Shown in pieces: positions 22,800 to 36,995 of a DNA stretch of 64,000 nucleotides; positions within the stretch are counted from its first letter, which is position 1, and each line of letters opens with the position of its first letter. The notes beneath the pieces are model-generated. The model did not search any database. It had not been told where the DNA came from and saw nothing but the letters and a program-made list of their open reading frames with translations. Source of the DNA: Bispira polyomma (Eukaryota); contig OZ287755.1 of NCBI GenBank assembly GCA_965649765.1, positions 19,964,001-20,028,000 on the forward strand, given 5' to 3'. A program made the translations under genes and the position numbers.

Positions 22800-23330
22800 G
22801 TAAGACAGAGACAGCTCGAGAACGCCAGGCTCAGGTAAGACAGAGGGACAGTTAGAGAATGCCAGGCTCAGGTAAGACAGAGGGACAGCTAGAGAACGTC
22901 AGGCTCAGGTAAGACTGAGGGACATCTAGAGAATGCCAGGCTCAGGTAAGACAGAGGAACAGCTAGAGAATGCCAGGCTTAGGTATGACAGAGGAACAGT
23001 TAGAGAATGCCTGACTTAGGTAAGACAGAGGGTCAGCTAGAGAATGCCAGGCTCAGGTAAGACAGAGGAACAGTTACAGAATGCCTGACTTAGGTAAGAC
23101 AGAGGGACAGCTAGAGAATGCCAGACTTAGGTAAGACAGAGGGACAGCTAGAGAATGCCAGACTTAGGTAAGACAAAGGAACAGTTAGAGAACGCCAGAC
23201 TTAGGTAAGACAGAGGGACAGCTAGAGAATGCCAGACTTAGGTAAGACAGAGGAACAGTTAGAGAACGCCAGACTTAGGTAAGACAGAGGAACAGTTAGA
23301 GAACGCCAGACTTAGGTAAGACAGAGGACA
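22777..23330 (+). repeat. 37-bp tandem repeat (15 copies) seeded on the exon donor
   Basis: cagctagagaatgccaggctcag|GTAAGAcagaggga; donors at 22800, 22835, then every 37 bp to 23316. Confidence 0.97.
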
Positions 23331-23864
23331 ACCTCTTTTATAGGGATTTGAATGTTACATGAATTCTAATGTTATATGAACAGTAAGTTAACTTGTACAA
23401 GACAGCCTCTTCTATCTAAACTTAAATGTTACATGAATAATGATCAGTGTTAGACTGATAATAATAAGGTAACTAATGTTCTAGTCAGGATAAATCTCTT
23501 TTATCTGAACTCTCCTGTTATCTAAATGCTCCTGTTATCTAAATGCTTCTGCTATCTGAATGCTTCTGCTATCTGAACGTTTCTGTTGTATGAAAAACCT
23601 CAATTATCTGAACTCTTCTGTTAAATGAATAATAGTCAATATTAGAATGCCAGGTTAAGGGAACTTATGCAGGAAAACCTATTATCTGAACTTTGCTGTT
23701 AAATGAATAATCTCTATTATCTGAACTCTTCTGTTAAACAAAGAATTAATTTATTCCAGTGAATTTCCTCAAGAATTGTGTAAATTAGTGAAATTCTCTT
23801 CCGGCTAAGATGTTTTCCACTTCTACACAGTTCTGTTAAAGGAACCATTGTCTCTGTGTTACAG

Positions 23865-24059
23865 TGGGGTGAGATCTGAAGACAACCAATCAACAGACTC
23901 CTTACATACACTGCCAGAAGAAGATGGCGCCACTGCAGCCAGTTTACCCACCGAGCCGGAAAAGCTGCCAACACAGGACGAGATTGTGAAGAAAACAGAA
24001 AAAATCACGAAGAAAATACAAGAGTTGCTGCGTAATGCACAGGATGGCAAGAAAGACTG
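23865..24059 (+). CDS. GIT: GIT exon, start of the C-terminal paxillin-binding domain (LPTQDEIVKKTEKITKKIQELLRNAQDGKKD)
   Basis: Matches GIT1 LPSTEDVILKTEQVTKNIQELLRAAQE; phase 2-2. Confidence 0.95.
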
Positions 24060-25746
24060 GTAAGGGAGAAAACTGGACTTTTCCCCGCAGATCAATGTTA
24101 TTACTTCTATAGGGACACAATCGGTGACCAATGACTCTGTTGCAAGCACATCCCTGTCATTATACGCAAGGATAGTTCGATAGGAGAAACGGTTTATGAT
24201 CAGAGTTCAGTCGTGACCGGGAGATGAATGTTAAGGCGGAACAAAGTGAGTTGATACAGATGTGTTTTGAGCTTTTCCTGGAGCCTGTAATCCTTGTCCC
24301 ATTGTGTGGCAGACTCGTTAGGAGATTATATTTTAATACAGCCAACCAGCTGTAGTAACTGTCATTCCCTAACAGAAAAAACACTGTTTTTAGAAGAATG
24401 ACAGTTACTGGTGCTGGTTGGCTGTACTTGTGTAAACAACAAAAGATTAATTGGCGCTTTGAGTCCCATAAAAAGGGAGAGAAGAACTGTGCAAAAATAC
24501 AGTGGATAACTTTTATTATCCTAAAATTTCGATTTCATGAACTCGCTTTCACCCTCTCAAATTCACATGTGTTGTCGTAATATGTCGGATATTACAACGG
24601 GTATGTCGTAATACTAGTCACAACTCCTTTCTCTAAATCAATACTGAGCCATTCTCATCTCTAAATATAGACATGACTTAGCTGCTCTCACACTCGTTAC
24701 ATAAGCCAATTCCCATTAGCTGGAGAGAGCAGCTACTTCAGCTTCTCTTAATTATAATAATGTTGACAACGTCTGTATATAAGCCACCCCAGCAACAACA
24801 CACACAAGCATGCCACCTTACACTCCTCCTAACATCAGGGAGCGGGTTGTGTTGGAGGCTCAAGCAGTTGTATATACTATATGTGGGGAATGTGGAAATA
24901 AAATAGAAGGATAGTTGTTATAATGGTGTTTCATTTGAGACTCGTACAAGCCTGAACTTTACCTATGCTCTATGATACTCCCTAGTTCAGGTTATGAAGA
25001 CATGGTGGAGATGCTGGGTATTGAACCCGGGACCTCCTCTCTTTTTATAGTAAAATGCTGATTCTGTTTAATAAACCTTTTGTTATATTTGATTATATTC
25101 TTGATCTGCCACAGCCATGTTCGGACAATTAGAGGGTCTACTGTAATTTAGCAGTCAAGAAAAAGCTGAATTACTATTGCTTTTTAGTCACACAAAGCAG
25201 AGAGATCCTGTGCAGAGTATAAATATACAAATCCTCTCCCTTAGGTAGTACGTACATATGTCACGATAATGGAATCGCGCCGTCAATGTTGCTACCTAAG
25301 TTGTGATATATATATAAACCATTATGTCTATGAAAATGTATATTTATATACTTACATTTCCATTTCAGCAATAAAGCATTGATAAATTTATTTTATGTGT
25401 GTTGTTTTGTCTCTGAAATGTGAATTTGTGTACTTGACGGTACTTACTTCTGGTAAAACAGGAAGTAGGTGCTCAAGATCAATAATTTCGTGAAAAACAC
25501 TTGGAATGTTAACTAATATGCAATATAAGACAGAAAAAAGGTCTATTTTTAATATTTTTATAAACAATATCTTTGATTACATGTACTTTGAGGTTATGTA
25601 TGTACAAATTGCATTTTGCGATGTATATCCTGATGTCGCTTACGAAACTAATGCCGATATTAATGCAAATTTTATGTGCTGATGCCAAGACTCCCCTTGG
25701 GTGTAGTATACATTTGTAACTTCAGTTGTTTTGTTTCCATGTCTAG

Positions 25747-25810
25747 GTACCTCCCGTCTGCAGAGAAGATCTTCACTGCTGTTAACGACATGATCGCCAT
25801 CTTTCCACAG
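25747..25810 (+). CDS. GIT: GIT exon: (W)YLPSAEKIFTAVNDMIAIFPQ
   Basis: Matches GIT1 FVPCSEKIHLAVTEMASLFP; ctag/gtttgc; phase 2 to 0. Confidence 0.93.
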
Positions 25811-26095
25811 GTTTGCTCTTCCTTGGCTTAAATATGTTAAAACTTGATTTTACCAAAAAAAAAACTATTGTCCTGTGACATATATATAGGCTTTCACTCA
25901 AGTCTAGCCCTTTCTCTTTGCTTAAGTTCACCACATAATTGAAGTTCTAAGGACACCACCATTTATTTATACCAAAAAAATGATATGCCAATTTAAAAAT
26001 TATAAAACAGTGAAGTTTAGTTGTATTGGTACCATCGCACTTGCTTAATTTAATAGTATATAATGTTCCTTCACTTGTTTGTGTTTAACTTTCAG

Positions 26096-26293
26096 ACGGT
26101 AGATCGAGAGACGATAGAACTTGCCTTGCAGCAGTTGACAAAGGGGGCAGACCGACTCCGCGAGCAATGCAGCCGTTCAACACCAGAGGTCTCTGGCACT
26201 AGCGCAGAGGTCAAAGTTCACACACAGCAAGTCATTCAGTGTGCTTATGACATTGCCCAGGCAGCCAAACAACTCGTCATGTGTTTTGAGTGA
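26096..26293 (+). CDS. GIT: GIT terminal coding exon: ...TQQVIQCAYDIAQAAKQLVMCFE*
   Basis: Hallmark GIT C-terminus TQQVIQCAYDIAKAAKQLV; ttcag acceptor; TGA stop. Confidence 0.97.
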   Translation, partial: TVDRETIELALQQLTKGADRLREQCSRSTPEVSGTSAEVKVHTQQVIQCAYDIAQAAKQLVMCFE

Positions 26294-26309
26294 CCATTTT
26301 TTACCAAAT

Positions 26310-26340
<31 letters not shown>

Positions 26341-28950
26341 GGTTTAACATTTTTTTTTTTTTTTTTGCTGCCTTTAGTGTTTGAAAAACACTGTATATGA
26401 GTGGGAATTTTTCCTTAGGAATAATTTCTAAGAAAGGAGTTGAAATTAATGGTTAAAATTAATTCCCAGTGAAAATTTGACCTTGTATTAATATTTTAAC
26501 TATTATCCGAACATGTTGGGAGAGTAGGATTTTGTTTGGATAATACAAGTTTCATAAAATCGGAGAGTCTGTTTAGTTTTCAGAACATAACTATAGGAAA
26601 GCATAAAATTTGGGACAGTATGAGATTGAGTTTATCAAATTGAATAATCGAATAACAGAAGTACAGATACTAGAGGTTCTACTGTAGTGAAGCTAAATTC
26701 TAGTAAATTTTCTCCAATAAATTTGTAAGCTAGTGAAATATTATTCCAGTTAAAATCATTATGTCTACAGTAGGTCTGTCGCTATATTGAGTACAGTAGA
26801 ACCTCTATTTTTAAGACATCTAGAGAGAGTGAAATTTAGTCCTTTAAATCGAATATATTCGGATAATAGAGTTAGGGTCATATCAAGACGGCCCAGATTC
26901 GATGGTGGAAGAAAGCCAGTGAAGTAGCTGTATTGTAATAACCACTGACCTCCTACTGCAAGTGCTTGACCAAAGTTTTCCCATATTGAAGGAACAAACA
27001 GGCTTCAAACCCACATTGGAGACAAGAGAGAACACTGATTGCTGCATACCTTAGAAAGATAGGCGTTAACTTTAGTCAGAAAATATAATTACTGAAATAT
27101 AGCTCCAGGGCAGGTATTCTCGAAATAAACTCATGCTTAAACTCATACTCAACTCAAAAAGAGGCTGCGTGAAAGTCTCTGTACATGGAAATAATCAATA
27201 CTTGTAACTATTCATTTTACAAGAGCTCTCAATGCTGAATTCAAATATGAAGCCAGATTTTTAGATAGGTTTACTGTATCCAGAGTTATAGAGATTCCAA
27301 ATTTGAGTTGAGTATAAGTTTGAGCCGAGTGTAAGTTCAAGAATATGGCTCTAGATGAATTATAGGAGATCCTCAATTATGTAAACACCTTTAGTAGAGA
27401 AAATAGTGCTTTAGTTTAGATAAAAAAACATTAATATAAAATGGAAGAAAAATTTGTAGTAAAAATAACCTTAAAGGAACATATACATGTAGTATATCAG
27501 AAGTATATGCAGTTAGGTACAAAATAAAATAGCTTAGAAATACTCGGAACTTGTTTAGAGGAGATATTCTAGTTTTTTGTGTAGCAAAATAAGTGCATTG
27601 ACATAGTATTTAGTGACATATAGTGAGAAGTGATCTACAGTAGACTCTGTATAACTAGAACCTCCAATAGCCACAGGATTTGGTTGGTTCTAGTTATAGC
27701 TAACTTCTAACTTACACTTACAAAAAATACAGCATTTCCTGATGTCGGGACCATTAAAACTGGTTCTCCACTTAGACCTAAATTTGACTTACACTTAGTT
27801 CTACTTTTACAGAGTCTACTGTAGTATAAACACACACCTTGTCTAGTATTAGACCTTATTTATATTTTAATCTTGTTTTTTAACAATCACAACTAACTAC
27901 TGCTGCTGCAATAATTATTTTGATATTTTGTAGTAGATTCTAGTAGTTTTTCTAATAACATTGTTAAAAATAAAACAACTATGAAGAGAATGCAGTGAAG
28001 ATCCCCTTTAAGTAGAACTCTGTTAAGTCAATTTCCCGGCCCCCACCTTTATATCGGAGTATATGACTTGTCCTACTGTGGCCCCTTTTCTTGTTTGCAT
28101 TCTACCCTGTTAAGTAGAAAAATCCCTTTTAACCTCTTAGCTCGCCTGAGAGCCGTAAATATACAGACGTTATTATTTTGACAAGCGCGTATCTGCCGTT
28201 TATATATACTGACCAAACATGATGTCTTCTTTTTGAATGGAGCTACACATAAATGTCACTTCTAAACGTGTAGTAAATGAAAAACATATATAAGGGAACG
28301 TTTTAAGCTCATTCTGTATTCACTAGGTGGTGCTAGTGTAAAGATAATACTTTTACTACTACAGAGGAACCTTGTTAAGTAGAATCTGAAGGAAACCATA
28401 AAAATTGTTCTGCTTAACAGAAATTCTACTTAAACAGGGTAAAATTTAAAGAGATAAATATAGCAATGGGAGAACCTTAAAATAACTTCTACTTGACAAG
28501 TAATGCCACCTAACAGAGTTCTACTTAATGGGTTTTTGACTGTACTACATAGTAATCAATTTTCCCCTATTGTTTTTCGACTTGGGGAGATTTACAAGCT
28601 AAAGCGGACGTGTTTTTTTTTTCTGGTCCCTTGGATTTTCACGTAAAAAGGACGTTTCAACTGTGTCTTATAAAGAGTTTGTTTAATGAGTAAATGTAGT
28701 TCACAATCGACCAGCTGATTTCAAGCACATTATGTCTTCTTACTTGTTTTGTGCCTTCATAATTATTCCATTATTAAATGTTAATAATGCTGGGGGCCGT
28801 ATTCAAAAATGGTGTAGTCTTAATTTTAGTCGTAAGCTTAAGACTTGAGTGTTTTTGATTTTTGGCCAAAAAGTTTTAGATTTTTGGTCTTAGTCCTAGG
28901 ATGATAGGAAAAGATTTTAGGTTAGTATTAACTTTGCCTCTTAACACTTA

Positions 28951-29304
28951 GCCCTGGGCTTCCTTTCAGCAGACACTGACGTCGGCTGATTTGAATGTAT
29001 CCGACTAGATCAGACCCCAGCCAATGTAGGGCTTTCTTTCATCCGATTTTTACTATATAAAAATAGTGTTAGATTTTTTTTTGATTTTTTCTTAATTTTT
29101 GTTCAAACATCGGACAGATCTCCTGATTTTTTCATTCCCTGACAGATAAATTATGATGACCCACCAGACGTCTGCCGACATCTACCGACATCTGTTTTGA
29201 TCTGCTGCATATATGATGAAAGGAAGCACTTGGTTATATTATATAGTGACCGATAAAATCGGCCGACGTCGGCCGAGAAAAACATGCTGAAAGGAAACCC
29301 AGGC
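28951..29304. mobile_element. Harbinger-type MITE (TWA TSD) nested in a CTG-target MITE
   Basis: TIR gccctgggcttcctttcagca / tgctgaaaggaaacccaggc, flanked by TTA and TAA; the empty site is visible in the related copy at ~13950. Confidence 0.8.
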
Positions 29305-29568
29305 TAACAGTAGGCAGTCTTAAATATTTTAGACAAAACCATTTGAGACTAGGAAGATCTTTTGTGACTACGGCCCCTGATCATCGATGATGAATTTTTA
29401 CACCAAAACAGTGTGTGAATTGAATTGGTAACTTAAAGGCAGCTCACGTTTCCCATACAATTATGCTAAGAAGTATCTGTGAACCGTGCTGTAGTAAAGC
29501 TCTCAAAAGTGGTTGCTTTCAATTACTTCTTTACCTGTGTTAAATCGTTTTACCTTTTAAAGGTATAC

Positions 29569-29788
29569 AGTAAGGAATCTAAAATTCGCCACTCTATCTG
29601 AATTTTGCCATCAAGAATGTATTGCGTTTTTGGTAGAATTGTGGGTAATGTTTGCTGAAATTGAGATTTTTGCAACTATTTGCCTTACTTAACTAAAATC
29701 CAGTTATTTTTCGCCTTTACTGATGTGGCTTAAATTTAAGGGGGGGCGACAAATTTCTGATACAGTGGCAAATTTTAGATTCCTTACT
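29569..29788. mobile_element. MITE family AGTAAGGAATCTAAAATTCGCCAC (copies ~33968-34185, 41455-41677, 44945-45150)
   Basis: ~30-bp TIRs and a conserved ~215-bp interior in four copies. Confidence 0.85.
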
Positions 29789-31784
29789 TTATATATAAAT
29801 GTATTTTAGTGTTCTATATATACTCCATTGTCGTAGAAAAATGTGCAAAAACAAAGTAATATGTTGTGATTACAATGTGATGGTTTCTATTGAAACAAAG
29901 CTATTTATTGCAACAACAAAAAACAATAAAGAAAGCTGGTATCATAGATCCTCTAATATTTGTTGGAAGGGAAGTGCATAATTTTGTTTGGATAATAGAA
30001 GGTGCATAAATACCTACGGAAGAGGAATTTCTGTATAGAACAACAGGAATGAGCATATATATATATTTTGGGCTACATAACTGATTGTTTTGCACTGTAT
30101 TTGCAATTATAAGTGTCATAGACTGTGGCCAGAATGAACGCTACTTTAGTTGTGAATGTGTCTCACTTTCTAAGCAATAAACTCTGTGACTTTTTGTGTC
30201 AAAGTACAATCATGTGAAATAATTGATGGTATTAGTAATTAGTTTAGTGGATTTCTCTATATATCTAGAACGTTTAGGTAGATTTGCTGTTATTTATCAG
30301 TAACTTCCACGTCTTAGTAAGGGGGTTGCCCCCCACCCACCCACTTTCACTTTTGTTGCCATGGTGATAAATACTTTTTTTGAGGTTTTGGTTTTGTGTA
30401 AGATAAAATTTAATGGAGATATATCATCACCAAAATTGTTTTGTGAGTATATATATTCATACTGTAGCTTGCTTGAATGCTTGTGCGGTTGCAAATATTT
30501 TTTTTTACATTTAAACAGACTGTTTCTGACATTGTGGGATTATGGGGTGTACTTTCATACATAATAATGTAGAGATTTCCTACTTTAAAGAAAACATGAA
30601 CCATTTCTGATAGCCTGTTCGAAAGTATGTTACAGCCATTGTAAGTGTCTTAAAATAAAGTACACAGTCCCAGTAACTAAAACGCTGCACCAATATTCTG
30701 ATATTGATTTTATAGCAAAGACTAATATTGATACATGTATACAGTCAACCCCCTTTAAGTAGAAACTCCTACAAGTCGAGTTTCCTTTTAAGTGGAGCTA
30801 AATATCTGTAGTCCCATAATAGGATTTTCTTTTAAAAGATATCTACCCTGTCAAATGGTAGAAATCTTGCTTCAGTAGATCTAGTTCTCTTAGTCGCTTG
30901 CAATTCGACTTGAAAAGGTTTAACTATATTTGGAGTGAATATTAATCCTTTGATTAGTTTTGTTGCTTTGTGTATTTGTATGGTTACGAAACATTGCTGT
31001 AATGTGTTCTCTGTAAAAAATTACATTTGTTGTTAATAATAAAAACGCTACTTTGATATATACATAATTATGTGATTACTAGGAAATAGTGTAATGCTTA
31101 GTAGAATAGAAAGATTTTGTTTGTTTTTTTGTGTACGATTTATAGTTTAGCCATGCACTTATTATAAGGATAGTATATAAGCTTTATAGAAAGGCATCAC
31201 CACATTGTACAGTACAGTGGGACCTTTATTATCCAAACATGACAAAGGAGAGCAAGATTTTGTTCAGTAAATATCTAAGGTTCATAAAATAGAAGAGGCA
31301 TTTTAGTATATAACAATAGGAAACCATGAACTTGGGACAGAGTGAAAAATGAGTTCATACAAATGAATGTTTGGATAATGAAAGTTTGCATAATATAGGT
31401 TTTGCTGTATTCAATGTGAAGTAACCACATACTTTTACTTTGCACAGTAATAAATGTTTCATAGCGACATTGCAATACACTAGTCCTAGTTGTACAAGTT
31501 GCAATAAGAAAGTCTAAATCATCAACTATTGGCAGTATTTCTATAGAGATAGGTGACAAGTTTCTGTTTGTGGTAAAATAAAAAAAGTTAATATAAATCC
31601 CTAAAAATGGGAAGAAACCTTGGGAGTAGGGCTGAGCGGAGTAGTAACTTTAGTATTTGAGTACTGTTTTACTGTTACTATACTCTTAATAGAATACCCC
31701 TTCAGGAGTGCACAAAATAACACCCCAAAGTATAAGCCTAGAACTCTTTTCTGATTTAGTACTCAAAGTATTACAGTACTATAT

Positions 31785-32158
31785 TCTTTGACTGGTACTT
31801 GAGTATTCTGTCACCAGTACTCCCAAGTATTCTTTACGTAGTACTTGAGTATACTTTAACCAGTACTTGAGTATTCTTCAACCATTGAGTATACTTTAAC
31901 CAGTACTTGAGTATTCTTTAAGCAGTACTTGAGTATTCTACAACCAGTACTTGAGTACTCTTTAACCAGTACTGGAGTATTCTTCAACCATTGAGTATAC
32001 TTTAACCAGTACATGAGTATTCTTTAACCAGTACTTGAGTATTCTTCAACCAGTACTTGAGTACTCTTCAACCAGTACTGGAGTATTCTTTAACCAGTAC
32101 TTGAGTATTCTCCAACCAGTACTTGAGTATTCTTTAACCAGTACTCTAGTATTCTTTG
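31785..32158. repeat. ~22-bp minisatellite (ccagtacttgagtattctttaa)
   Basis: About 16 variant units; follows a TAGGGCTG-starting MITE-like end at ~31627. Confidence 0.9.
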
Positions 32159-35100
32159 ATGGTCACTACTTGTTTAGTAATTAAAAACTAGAGACCCAGG
32201 AGTTTTACTTGCAATCAATGCAATATTTCTATATTTTCTTGTGCGTGTCTTTATATTTTCTTCATGTGTTGTTATAATTGAGAGAACTTGCCCCTCTAAA
32301 TGTGTATTTATCAATGTATTATAATCGCTGTTTTATTAATCATTCCAAGTCAGTGGTAAATGTCAAATGGAGTGAGGTATGTAGTTTTTATCCATTGATG
32401 TGTGTGTTGCTCCAAACAAATTTCAGTATTTTGTGTGTGTTATTCAAGAGCGAACTGGTAAGCAGATGAAAAGTGAGAGAAGATTTAAGTGTGTCTTTTT
32501 ATGGTTTTGACATGTGTCTTGATTATTATTAGTTACAAAGTAGAGCCAGGTAGAACAATATCATATGTATATTAAGACATAAGTAGGTTTAAGCAGATAC
32601 CATCATTGTTGGTTACTAATTTTTTGTTTTGATGGAAAAGTTCAGGCTCTAAAAAACTATTATTCTGCTGTTATATTTTATAAGTTCGATTTTGGATTTC
32701 AGTCATCACCTTTTGCCCCCCTCCCAAATATTTATTATTGGCACCTTAGAACTTAGTCGGTGTAAAGAATATTAACTCTGATTTAACTACTCAAGAAAGT
32801 GTTTTAATTCTAAAGTGCTTAATTGTAGTCCTGTTGTGTACATATATAACATTTACAATAGACTCTACTATTACAAGTAGATGTGTGTGTATATATATAT
32901 GTGGGTGTGTTCGTAAATCAATAGTGCTCAAGCTGCTGTAAAAAGTTTAACAGATGGAACGTTTCACTGAAGTGGGGGTGTTTTAGAATTGTTGGCCAAG
33001 ACTGGAAGTATTAAACTATGTATGTATATATGTGCCTACAAGTATGATGTAAACATTATTACCTTAAATGACGTCAGCTATTGTTTTATAATCCCATTTT
33101 TTTTTTTTTCAGAAGTCCCTATAGCTACCGGCTGTGGACAACCTAATCTCAGAACTTACAAAGATCTGTGCTTTTATATTTGGCATTTATATGGGAATCT
33201 GTTTCAGTGACGTTTCTTGAAAAAAATTTGTTTGAGCTCATATTGTCAGCGCATGTGCAGTACAATGGTAATCGGCTGATGAGGTCCCCTGATTATCAAC
33301 TCCCATTGTATCCATATGTGATTTCCCATAGTCTAGTGGTTCAGGTTTACCACCGTGAAACCACCAACTGAGTCAGCTGCTGATGCCACTACATTCTGTT
33401 CTTGTATAAATAATGATGGTGGTATACCGTCTTCATAGTCTATTAAAAAAGTTGGGTACATCTTTTGTAGAAATAAAGTTCAAGGGTGCGTACTTTATTG
33501 GCGAATAAAGGACTGACTTAAGGCGTATCGGCCCTCGTCCTTTACTCGCCAATAAAGTACAAGCCCAAGTATTTTCTATTTGAAAGACTGACAATAGTAT
33601 ATTTTAAAGCAAATAATAAGATATTTTCCAACTCACTGTGAACTATTTTTGTAGTTACTGACGGGACTATTTAGCCGTACTCTATTATCCCAGATAAAGT
33701 ACGGCTACGAATTGCGCACTGATGTCTTTTGTGTTCGGTGCGCACTTCCGGTCTTTCTAATATATCATAGCAAGTTAATTAAATGCGAGAGCACGTACTT
33801 TTAATATCTTCCATTACCAAATGTGTATTTATATATTAACTAACAGTTTCTAGTTCAATGATTTAAAGTTTCTATTGGCATTTTCCGTTTAGACCAGAAG
33901 TTGGAATGGGCCGGTTTTTGGTACATTGACTGTATATTCTATCTTGGTGCCCCTCACAATGGCTTAGAGTAAAAAATCTAAAATTTGCCACTGTATCTGA
34001 AATTTGACACCTAGAAAGTGTTTTTGGTAGAATTGAGAGTAATATTGGCTGAAATTGAGATTTTTGGGACTATTTTGCCTTACTCACCTAACTCCCAGTA
34101 ATTTTTTGCCAGCTTTGATTGATCTGGCTTAAGTTTTAGGGGGTGGCGAATTTCAGATAGAGTGGCGAGTTCTAGATTCCTTAATCTAGTAATGAGAAGT
34201 CTTAGAACTGTGTTGCACTCTCCAAGTACTTACATGTTTCCGTACACTTCATCCGTACACGTCAAAAACCTATCTGTCACAGGTCATTAGTATGTTAACA
34301 GAGGGTTTTAAACCATAACTGGGACCTTGGTGGTGCAGTCCTAACACACTCACCTCCCGGTTCAAAACTCGGCTGCAGCTTTAAGTGGGAAAGTTGGCAG
34401 TTCTTTGCCGATGGTCCCTGGTTTACAGTGTAAAATCTTTACCAACTAGTATGTACACTGGTTTCCTCTAGCACCGTACACTGCCCGTCATGATAGGACT
34501 CAAAACAGTGTGTTGAAAACGACGTTAAACCCAAAATCAAATCAAGTTAAACCGTTACTCTCTTATTTGTAATCCAATTGTAGGAATTCTTTCACCATTT
34601 GATTCAGTGTCTAAAGACGCTAATTTGAATACCAAATGCCTCAACTTTCGTTGCATATATTATAAGTAATGTACAGTACAGAGAATATGTGTACATTGTA
34701 GATGTTAATGGAATATACTCTACAAGTGTGCTTTGTAAGATCAGCGAGAAAAGTCGATATTTCTCGGCATCTAGTATCTGTGTTTGTCTGGGCTATCAGG
34801 CCTTGGCCTTTTAGCTCATACAGTAACCTTGGTGAACTTTGTAGGGGATTAGAGTACTATGGATTACAGTAACTATTTTCATGCAACATCAAATGTTTAT
34901 ATCTGTTACAAAAAAAAAAAAAAATCGCCCCTGGAAATTTTTTTGACATACTTAGATTATTAAAACACATTACAGAAAACATTTCACTTTCACGTGTGTA
35001 TTGAATTTTAATTTATTTGGGTTTACGTAGCTTTTAATTGCATTGGTCTTATCGCGACGGCCACGGATTAGTGGTGGGGGAAAACTAGTGCTGACGCACT

Positions 35101-36671
35101 GTAAACCACCGACCTACAGCAAACTACCTGATGAACTTTCTCGCATGAAGAAGGATTCTGTGGGATTTGATCTCTAGAGGTGACGGGTCAGTGATTTTAA
35201 TGCAGACGCTAGGAACCACCATGGTCCCCATGTGTGTATGGAAACAGGCCATTGAAAATCTAATTATCTATAGGATACCTCTTGCGACACTGTGGTTATA
35301 ATTTCATATTTAGGTTGCATGAATCTTCAGCGATTTAAAATATAGTTAAAACCAACAGGGTCAGTGATCTGTATGTAGTGTACTTAAAGTAAAACAATTA
35401 GTATAAATAATGGAAATTTGTTTTTGAACAAATTTCTCAGCTGATCAAGATGTTTGTATACGTATTTTTTGTATACGTTGTTTTAGACTATAAAAGGGGA
35501 TTTAGCATTAACACACCTGTAGCAGTAACTTATAATCACATTTGTTATATGTATATCAAGTTTTTGTTGTGTAAATAGTGCTTATAAATAGTGCTTTAGG
35601 TTTGTTTGATTTCTTTTTCTTTTTTGTTCAGTCTTAAATTTTAAAACTATTAAATGATTGAATGTGTGACAACTGTTTGATGTTACGTAAATTTAATGAA
35701 AGATATCTTTGATTTTCTTTCCAAGATGCCTTCCTGAAAAAAATAAGTAACATCAGTTATTCGGTGTGTATTAATGTCCATGTACAGTAGAACCTCCATT
35801 ATATAAACTCCTATTATTTGAAAGTTCAATTTTATTAAAAGTCATTTCCTCTGTCCTAATTTAAATATTCTCCAGATTTATTTTGTACTGAATTTACTTT
35901 CTGTTTTAGGAACCTTCTATTATCCATAAAACAACATCTTTCTCTGACTAACATATTCAAATAATAAGAGGTTCTACTGTATAAGTTTGGATAATATATT
36001 CAGGATGTCAGGTCTTTGAAATTATTAGTACGAGGATTTCGCACCCTGAATAATTTGAAAAAGACTACAATAATAATATGCGTTGTCTAAAAAGAATTAT
36101 TTGAACAAACAATGTATTCAGTAGAAGTTTAGCTAGGACTTTTTTTTGTAATCTCTTTAGCTATTGGAGAAAAAAACTGGATTTGAGTTGAACTTTTTGC
36201 TGCTTTGAAAAACGCCTTTGTATAGAATACAAACTGAGTTTTAAAAATAATGACCTGACAAATGTCTATTATTATTTCCTCAGCTAGCAATTAAAATGCA
36301 TCAAAGTCAATGGGTTCAGATGATGAAATTACAAAACTATTTTAATGTTGTGATTTGCCTTTGGGGGAAAAAAAGAAGAATGAATGAATGAATATTTGTA
36401 TAATAATTGTGTTGTATGGAGTATGGGATATGATTTCTTTTTTTATTGGTATTTTACTTCACATTTGATATTTTAGTCCATATGCATTTTTTTCAGAGAT
36501 AAATCTCTGTATGTATATATGTGTGTACACACCACCCTAGAGAGCTTACTGTACTTCTATGTCTAGATATATAAGAATATATTCTTTCCTCTTGTGTACT
36601 AATTTGTTATGGAAATCCTCAGAATATATTGAATAAAAACACAATCACGAACACTCTGCTTTATTTTCAAA

Positions 36672-36995
36672 TAGGATATTTGTTACAGCGCACTTATACA
36701 ACACAAGGCCGTTTCAAATGCGCTTCCTCATTGACAGCCACTATGGGCGCCAAGGCTTACTTGAGGATGACCATTTATCAGTGTTTCCAAGGATGTTTAA
36801 TCTGCCCCTGGAGATATTACTCAGTCACAGAGGACCGCCATTTTAAGTGGTCATCCGAGCCACGAAGCAAACTTGTGTGCACATCTTGCCTAAGGATTTA
36901 TGAAGCTAGTGGCCGGTACAGGGAATAGAACCAGGGACCTTCTGATCAAGTAATCATCAGACCGACACTCTAACCACTAGACCACGTGGGATCAT
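36672..36995 (-). mobile_element. tRNA SINE family C with Meta-like core and L2-like tail (copies 44285-44575 -, 45915-46237 -, related 39680-39970 +)
   Basis: Shared gatgaccacttaaaatggcggtcctc core and gaagcgcatttgaaa...aagtgcgct tail; tRNA-like head. Confidence 0.8.

Noticed and set aside
23717-24149. Minus-strand ORFs overlapping GIT exons (and plus-strand ORFs over DRG1 exons)
   Set aside because: Shadow frames of real exons with no independent similarity or splice structure.
36629-36928. Similar ORFs at 36629, 44330 and 45993 as a small gene family
   Set aside because: They are antisense translations of SINE family C copies, with inconsistent frames.
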